Assembly: GCA_964016885.1 (NCBI GenBank)
Contig: OZ024745.1
Coordinates: 54,870,001-54,934,000 of the forward strand
Length of the DNA: 64,000 bases
Direction of reading: 5' to 3'
Origin: Eledone cirrhosa
Lineage: Eukaryota
Shown here: piece after piece, positions 56,100 to 64,000 of the stretch
Position numbering within the stretch: position 1 is the first letter of the stretch
Layout: each line of letters begins with the position of its first letter
Notes under the pieces: generated by a model
What the model was told of the DNA's origin: nothing
The model's database searches: none
Seen by the model: only the letters and a program-made list of their open reading frames with translations
Made by a program: the position numbers and the translations under genes

Positions 56100-57175
56100 G
56101 TCTCCAGGATGAAGCAGTGGAACTTGGTCAAGGAGGAAGTGCAGGTGACAAGTCAAAGAAGTCGACACGAACCTTTCTCAGGCTTTACACTCTTAGGGAT
56201 GGCTTCTGCCATGACGTGCCTGGACTGTTTGACGTTATTGGGGTGCCGTTTGTGCCCAAGGAGTGGCGGCTATTTATAGACAGCTCCACCACAAGTTTGA
56301 AGGCTGTGCTCCTCCACAATGGAAACAGGTTCGCGACACTACCCCTAGCTCATTCAGTCTGCTGAAGGAAGATTACTACAGTGTGAAAGTCCTCTTGGCA
56401 GCTCTGAAATACAACCAGTACAATTGGGAAATCATTGGAGTCTTCAAGATGGTGGCTTTCCTGTTTGGACTTCAAGGAGGATTTATCAAATTCCACAGTT
56501 TCCTCTGCCTTTGGGACAGCAGAGCCACCTCTGACCACTACAAAAGAAAGAACTGGGAGCAGCGAACAGAATTTGTAGTTGGGACCCGGACGTCATGTGG
56601 GAGCCACTGGATGATCCCAGGATTGTGCTCATGCCGCCACTGCACATTAAGTTGGGGTTGATGAATCAGTTTGTGAAGGCTCTGAACTAGCATCAGCCGC
56701 TTTTAAGTACCTTCTTGAGTTCTTCCACAAGTTATCTGAGGCCAAAATCAAAGGTGGAATTTTTGTTGGACCTCAGATAAAGAAGGTGTTTGAGTCTACC
56801 GAGTCTCCAATAAGCTCAATAGGATTGAGAGAACAGCATGGAACTGTTTCAAGGCAGCTGTTAAGGGCTTCCTGGGCAACTACAAAGCTGAAAACTACCA
56901 GCAACTGGTGCAGGATCTGATAAAGGTTTTTGGCGGCATGGGATGCAGGATGTCGCTTAAACTCCATATGCTGGACGCTCACCTGGAAAATTTCAAGGAC
57001 AATGTGGGCGCCTACCCAGAAGAAGAAGGCGAACGATTCCACCAAGATGTTAAAGAGATAGAGTGGAGTACCAGGGCCACTACAATGAAAAAATGATGGG
57101 GGACTATATCTGGGGGCTAGTGCGGGAATACGACCTGGACTACAACCGCAAATCCAGGAAATCCTGTCATTTCTG
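56100..57175 (+). mobile_element. Decayed DDE transposase, CMC/Chapaev3-like
   Basis: EWRLFIDSS..SLKAVLLHNGN, GLQGGF.K..FLCLWDSRA, PPLHIKLGLM.QFVKAL, MSLKLHMLDAHL...EEGERFHQD, MMGDYIW, with several frameshifts. Superfamily assigned from recall of these motifs. Confidence 0.7.
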
Positions 57176-57389
57176 ACGTGTATAAGTTGCTTTATAAGTG
57201 TTATTTGTCTTTACTTGTTTGCTTGTGATAAGCTTGTGAAATAAAATAAATATATAGTCTCTTGATTTAATTATATGAACTGATAAATTAAAAGAAAATG
57301 TATTTTTTCTTAAAAAATATGAAAATTTCGAAATATAAAACTCCTGAACACAAACCCAAACTTCTGATTAAATAATAGTCTGTTTTTTT

Positions 57390-59700
57390 AATGTTAACTT
57401 GCTAGATATAAACCTAGATTTGCCTATTGCTTCTTATAAACCATACCATAAACCTAATGAAAATTTAAAATATATAAATAAAGGCTCTTGCCATCCTCCA
57501 AAGTTTTTAAAAACCTTATCCCTAATATTAGCCGTAGAATCTCCACCCTCTCTTCCTCAGAAGTTATTTTCAATAAGGCATCCCCCTACTATAATAAAGC
57601 CCTTCAAAATAGCGGATTTAGCGAACCGATTAAGTACATACCCAACAATACTAACTCTGTTAAACATAATAATAGGAAAAGAAACATAATCTGGTTCACA
57701 CCCCGCTACTCTCTAGCAGTTAAAATAAATGTAGGCAAAAAATCCCTAGAGCTCTTAGATAAACATTTCCCTAGAACACATAGATACTATAAGATCTTCA
57801 ATAGAAACTGTGTCAAAATTAGCTACTCTTGCGGTCCCCCTATTAAATCTTATATCATCAATAAGAAATCACCTAGAGAACATCAAAATTGCTCCTTTAG
57901 AGTCAAAAGTGAATGCCCATTACAAGGTAAATGCAACACCAAAGCCATTGTATATGCGGCTAAAGTGACAACCATCAGCAACAACCAACCAGCCACCAGT
58001 GAGCGATATGTGGGTATGACACAAGACAAATTCAAAACGCGGTATTACTCACATGTCGCATCTTTCTGACATCCAGAAAAAAGATTCACAACAACTCTGG
58101 CTAGCAGAATATGGGATTTGAAAGACCAAGGTATCCAATATAAATTGGATTGGTCAATTTTGAACCAATCTAAAGAATATGCAAGAGGAACAAGAAGATG
58201 CACACTCTGCATAAGTGAAAAATATTGGATTTTACAAAACATTAAATCACCAAAAACCTGCCTAAATACAAAAACGGAAATTTTCACCGGTTGCCCACAC
58301 ATGAAATCACACTTGCTTTCCAGCTCATATAAACTTAACTCACTTTCAGATACTTATCCTCCATGAACTCTTATTCTTCACTTTCCTTAAATTATTCTCT
58401 TTACAGACTTCTCTTTCTGATTTACTTTCATTTTTAATTTTATTTTTAATTTTATTCACATCCACCAGTAACTCCCCCCCCCCTCCTACTCTTCGATTCA
58501 CTTACCTAATAACTTCACATTCCACATGTTACTTCCCCATTTTCTTTCACTACCTGATTTTACTATCACTTGCGTTTTCCGCTCCAGATACATTCTGTTG
58601 TTTCGCAGCAGTTTTTATATTAGTACTCATTTATTCATAAGGCTGCTTTTTACTCTGTATCTATATGTCTGAGTGTGTTTATGTGTGTATACGTTCTGTA
58701 TATGTATACGAGCGCCCCTGTATGTGTGCGTGCGTACGTGTGTATATATATGTGTGTGTATGTTTTTATATCTATGTTTTTACATCTATGTTTTTTACAT
58801 TCTTATTTTTACGTGTGTGCGTAAGCGGATGAATGTACGTGAATGTGTATGTATGTATGTATATATGTATACGTATGTATGGGTGTGTGTGTATATGAAA
58901 TTATAGTCGCGTACGTACGTGTGATTAGATATACATGGGGCGAGATATATATATATATATACGTGCCTCGTGTGTATGTATGTACGCATACATGCGCTTT
59001 TGTCTGTATGTATTTGTGTGTATAAATATTTTTATAGATATATGTTATTTATAGATATATGTGTATGTACGTGCGTCCCTATGTTTGTTTTTTCTCTAGT
59101 GTTAATTGATTACTTTCTCTTTCATTAAACAATTTATTTCATTCTCATATACTGTTTCATTTTTATACATATATCGAGAATGACACTTCTTTTCACTATT
59201 ATACTCCCTTCCCTCTTTATCTTCCGCATATAAGTGACCGCGCGTGTGTGTGTGTTTATACACGTGCTTTCACACTCGTATATGTATTTAATACCTGTAT
59301 CTAGATGCGTGTCAACTATATCATCATCTTCTCTTTCAACTCATATTATATCCGTATTTGTGGTCACATATACACAAATATACTTGCCCTCATATATGTA
59401 CTTACGCACCCATTTTCACCATACACATGCATTTGTGCATACACACAAATGTACATTTGTGAGTGTATATACATACATATACACATACCTAACTATATTT
59501 CCTTATATTTCTTGTATATTTTACTATATTTTTTTATATATCTCTTGCATTATTTTTATTTATATATTTTTTGCATTTCTTGAGGAGACTTTCCAAATAT
59601 TTCACTATGTTGTATATTACCCTGTCCGACGAACGAATGAGGACGTTTTTTTCTTATTCTTCTTATTCGGGAAACCTCTGGTAAAGAGGTAATTATATTG
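57390..59700 (+). mobile_element. 5'-truncated Penelope-like element (RT thumb, Cys-rich linker, GIY-YIG; Naiad-like) with 3' region
   Basis: LDINLDL...YKPYHKPN...SCHPP, RNIIWFTP.YS..VK.NVGK, CPLQGKC..KAIVY...YVGMT..FKTRYYSH..SF, CTLCISEK. One frameshift near 57500 and an in-frame TGA at 58067; coding ends 58366. Confidence 0.9.
59616..59693 (+). ncRNA. Degenerate hammerhead at the PLE 3' end
   Basis: attaccctgt CCGACGA acgaatgagga...tcttattcgg GAAA cctctgg TA aagaggtaat; core mutated. Confidence 0.4.
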
Positions 59701-59715
59701 TATTGTTTATTATAC

Positions 59716-59777
<62 letters not shown>

Positions 59778-59859
59778 AGTATGCATGTATACGTACATAC
59801 ACATATGTATACAGACGTACAGTAGCATGCACATATATATATATATATTGCCTAGTAGA

Positions 59860-59986
59860 TTGCCTTAACACCGTATGGCATAAATTCAGGCTGTTCAGTT
59901 TGTTTACAAACGAACAAAGCGACGTTATAATAAGCGCCGCTAAACTGATACGTGCATATATGTATGTGTACCTGTATGCATATGTA

Positions 59987-60030
<44 letters not shown>

Positions 60031-60615
60031 CATGCTACTGTACGTCTGTATACATATGTGTATGTACGTATACATGCATACTTACATTTAAGTAAGTGCC
60101 ATACTAAGAGTGAGAAATGAAATTTCGTTTTCATTTTGTTTCAATTTATCGTTTTCGGTATGCCTGACCGATTTAACTCACTCAATATGCAAATTAGGCT
60201 GCTCAGCCGTTAATTTTCATAAGGAAAGTATATACTTTCGAACGTTCAACTATCTGGCAGATGGGTAAACGGTGCTGATGATAGCTAACACGCTTGAAAC
60301 TAGTACATCGTTCCTGTGTCAGTGTTGAACAAAAAGGTGACGTGGTTGCCTTAACACCGTATGGCATAAATTCAGGCTGGTCAGTTTGTTTACAAACGAA
60401 CAAAGCGACGTTATAATAAGCGCCGCTAAACTGATACGTGCATATATGTATGTGTACCTGTATGCATATGTATGTATATGTGTATATATATATATATATG
60501 TGCATGCTACTGTACGTCTGTATACATATGTGTATGTACGTATACATGCATACTTACTTTTAAGTAAGTGCCATACTAAGAGTGAGAAATGAAATTTCGT
60601 TTTCATTTTGTTTCA

Positions 60616-60620
<5 letters not shown>
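59860..60620 (+). mobile_element. Non-coding hammerhead-bearing unit in partial tandem (period ~487 bp) with inverted head
   Basis: 59860-60148 repeats at 60347-60620; 59773-59832 is the inverse of 60022-60087; (TA)n flanks. Confidence 0.75.
60268..60312 (+). ncRNA. Minimal type I hammerhead ribozyme
   Basis: aacggtg CTGATGA tagc taacac gctt GAAA ctag TA catcgtt. 7-bp stem I, palindromic actagt stem III, GUA site. Confidence 0.8.
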
Positions 60621-60651
<31 letters not shown>

Positions 60652-60725
60652 AAGGAAAAGTGGTCAGGAACCAGATGGACCATAACGCACCAAAGTACTC
60701 AATACTTAGGGTAGTAGATTGGGTA

Positions 60726-60824
60726 ATAGGAACGATTAGGACCCCGACAGCTGAGTTCAAGCCATTTTAGTCCAGAATTAGCCGTCGAAACGGCTTAAGC
60801 TCAGCTGTCGGAGTCCTCCTCGTT

Positions 60825-60829
<5 letters not shown>
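60726..60829. repeat. Imperfect fold-back palindrome related to 31599-31698
   Basis: ataggaacga..ggaccccgacagctgag / ctcagctgtcggagtcc..tcgttcctat; shares tccagaattagccgtcgaaacgg with the 31.6 kb hairpin. Confidence 0.85.
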
Positions 60830-60903
<74 letters not shown>

Positions 60904-60984
60904 ATATTATATATATATATATTATATATATATATATATTATATATATATATATTATATATATATATATTATATATATATATAT

Positions 60985-61103
<119 letters not shown>

Positions 61104-61889
61104 ATATATGGGATAACAAGTTAGCGTTATAGGCAATATAGTTAGAGTTGTGAGCATTCTGTATTGTGGATAGTTTTAACATACGGCTTTGTTTGACTCA
61201 ACAATATGTTTCCATAGTTAGGTAGCGAGTTCGCGTGAATTCTTATGCAGGTTATATTTGGAGTAATAATAGTGAAAGAATGAAGAATGACATGGTCGGC
61301 TGTACAACAAGATCAATTTTCTATAAGCATAAACTACCAAGTTCACAAATTTCAAACCAACATGATTCGACCCACCAATCTAAAAATTCGAGCTGAACCA
61401 CCCGGATTTTAATGTACGGAATACATACCACCACACTGTTATTAGCTGTCAACTGACCGACTGGTCACTAGATCATAAATCTACTAATCTTTCTTTCACT
61501 CTCTATCGCTTGAAGACACATCAACCCCATTAAGATAAGACAATCAGCAGGCTAATCATTTACCACACACACATATCAAAATCCACTTCCTTCCCCGTCA
61601 TTCTTTAGCCCTTATGTCTCAACCTCGTAACTCTCACTTAATTTTTAATTTATTGTTTTTGATCTGTTATCTGTCATTTGTTACTACCTCTTATTCTCTA
61701 CTTCTAACCCTTTGACCACCACGTATGTATGTATATCTCCACCCTCACATCTTTATACATTCACTTACTCACCACCACCACCACTATTATCATCTATCCT
61801 ATTTTGTACTTACATTTTTTTATTTTTTATTTTTTTACTTTTTACATCTGTAACTTCTTTACCTCTTTATCATTATATTTTATTACTGA

Positions 61890-62077
61890 TGGGGCGGTGA
61901 ATTGGCAGTATCGGTAGAGGATTGAACGCCATGCTTTCCAGTATAGTTACGTCCCTTTACAGTCTGAGTCCAAATCCAGTCGAGGTTAACTTTGCCTTTC
62001 ATCCTTACGGGGTCGATAAGATAAAGTACCAGTAATGTACTGGATAATTGCTGGCCTTGTGCCTAAAGTAGAAACAA
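61890..62077 (+). mobile_element. Full-length tRNA-like SINE
   Basis: Collinear with 42878-43070. Confidence 0.9.
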
Positions 62078-62337
62078 TTATATTTTATTACTGATGTTAT
62101 TGTTTTGATTCTACTCAGTATCTATATATACCATTGCCATATGTGAGTTCTCTAGTATTCTGAGGATTTTATCAGAGGTAAACACTGTATTTAAGGTCGT
62201 TCTCATATACATATATATATATAGGAACGATCGACTTTCGTCAAATCGGACCGAGGAAACAATGTTTCCATTGGTCTTTCCAATTTCTAATACTATCTAT
62301 CGGTCGCAACTATAAATATATATACATGATATATATG

Positions 62338-62370
<33 letters not shown>

Positions 62371-62459
62371 CTCTCCTTACTATCCTACTATCCTTGCTGT
62401 CATATTTCTCCTTGCTCCCTTCTTCTCATTGTATTTGTATATAAACAAGTACATAGATA

Positions 62460-62810
62460 CCAGGAGAAAGGGAGCGCAAGGTGAAATGGAAAATAAGTGG
62501 AAAAGGAGAGCAAGGAAAGCAAGGAGAGCAAAGAGAAAATGAGAGCAAGGAGAGCAAGCAGACCAAGGAGAAAAGGTGAGCAAGAAGAACAAGGAGAGCA
62601 AGGAGAAAAGGAGAGCAAGGAGAGGAAGGAGGACAGGAGAGCAAGGAGAGCAATGGGAAAAGGAAAGCAATGAGAGGAATGAGAACAGGGGAGCAAGGGG
62701 ATCAATGAGAAAATGAGAGCAAGGAGAGAAATGAGACAAGGAGACCAAGGAAAGCAAGGAGAGCAAGGATAATGGAGAGGAAGGAGAGGGAGGAGAAAGA
62801 GAGACCAAGG
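62460..62810. repeat. Degenerate purine-rich repeat (gagcaagga-like 9-mer)
   Basis: Recurrent agagcaaggag motifs. Confidence 0.8.
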
Positions 62811-62963
62811 AAAGGGGCGGGGCAGGCAGGTAAGGTTGGAAATGGAGGTAGGAGATGAATGGCGGGAAGGTGAGGAGGGGAGAGGTGAGGTAGAGGATGA
62901 ATCGGAAGTGGAGGAGTTGGATGATGAGGCGGCGATGAGCATAAACACACATATCAGTATGAG

Positions 62964-63008
<45 letters not shown>

Positions 63009-63550
63009 TGTATATAAATACATTCTGACGTTGCCTGAATGTTTCCATATAAATTTCTCTAAGAAAAGAGAAAATGGAACAGTATACCGCTTTTGAACAG
63101 AATTAATCGTTGCGTATACTATGTTCCAACATCAAGACGTTTGAGGGTCGCCTAACTGTTGTCCGATTGCGATGAAATGTGTTGTAGATTGAAACAGGAT
63201 TAGCGCGAGGGAGCTGCAAAATTTTCACTTTCGGACAATTACCTATTTTAAGGGCAACGCTAATATATGATAGCTGCAAATCGATTTCGAGTAAATTCAA
63301 CGCTTAATAATTAATCATGAGCATCAGGGAAACGGCATCTTAATCCTGCTAGGGACTTGCCTATGGCCAGCAATACCATGCATCGCAAAATTCATCACTT
63401 ATCAAGCGATGCCTTTGCCTGAAGCTTTATTAAGTGAGGAAAGTCTTTGCATGGAGCCAATCCCACTATCAGAACACCAACTTCATTTGCCCCAAAAGAA
63501 GGACTGTTCTACTACATTGGATAGCGACCTGATATATATATATATATATA

Positions 63551-63747
63551 TGAAGATAGACATAGAATATTCGAAAATATTCTGTATGTTTATAATAAAC
63601 ATTTTGAAGACCTAATCGCTATAGAATAGAATACGTCACGTATTACAATTAGATTCTCGTGACGTATTCTATTCTATAGCGATTAGGTCTTCAAAATGTT
63701 TATTATAAACATACAGAATATTTTCGAATATTCTATGTCTATCTTCA
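63551..63747. repeat. Perfect fold-back palindrome (90-bp arms, 17-nt loop)
   Basis: 63551-63640 is the exact reverse complement of 63658-63747. Confidence 0.95.
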
Positions 63748-63849
63748 CATATATATCGCTATTTCAGAGCATTTAATCCAATATATATATATATATATAT
63801 ATAAAATAAAATATATAAATCAAATGTTTAAAATTTGGCTTCGTTTATT

Positions 63850-63904
63850 ACTGCTATATATATTTCGGTGACAGCCATCTTTGGCTGTGACTTCTTCAGG
63901 CAGT
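63850..63904 (-). ncRNA. Minimal type I hammerhead ribozyme
   Basis: Minus strand: actgc CTGAAGA agtcacagcca aaga tggctgtcacc GAAA tatata TA gcagt. Perfect 5-bp stem I, long stem II, palindromic stem III. Confidence 0.8.
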
Positions 63905-64000
63905 CCGAATTAGTGTGGTAGAGACGAGTACACATGTTGTTGAGGTGTATAACTTTGTCTTATGATTCCAGTTCCTCAGTGAAACAACAACCCAACCAGA

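Noticed and set aside
58067-58069. In-frame TGA in the Naiad-like PLE as selenocysteine
   Set aside because: It follows H..SF at a position that is basic in the other copy (SSFKDR at ~38.65 kb), not a conserved Cys. The copy also has a frameshift, so a nonsense mutation is simpler.
62380-63048. 222-aa and 182-aa hydrophobic ORFs
   Set aside because: They derive from a degenerate purine-rich repeat that lacks stops; no domain signal.

Overview
AT-rich, repeat-saturated eukaryotic (animal) genomic DNA. The SINE family and the microsatellite load resemble octopod cephalopods (inference). No intact protein-coding gene is evident, and most ORF-track entries are microsatellite artefacts. Decayed mobile elements found: four Tx1/L1-type LINE copies plus 3' scraps, with two arranged head-to-tail in (AAT)n; Penelope-like (PLE) RT and GIY-YIG fragments; two R4/Dong-like RLE fragments; a DD37D (maT) Tc1/mariner; a Chapaev3-like transposase; a Helitron-like element; MITEs; about ten tRNA-like SINEs; and a 68-bp x ~33 minisatellite. 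The most notable signal is a set of minimal type I hammerhead ribozyme motifs (cores intact at 5146, 5676, 60268 and 63850, several more degenerate). They sit in non-coding ~380-590 bp partially tandem units beside (TA)n tracts, often with fold-back palindromes, which suggests a PLE-dependent, retrozyme-like RNA system. A possible decayed multi-Tudor gene lies at 11.9-14.1 kb. All calls are by eye and coordinates may be off by a few bases.
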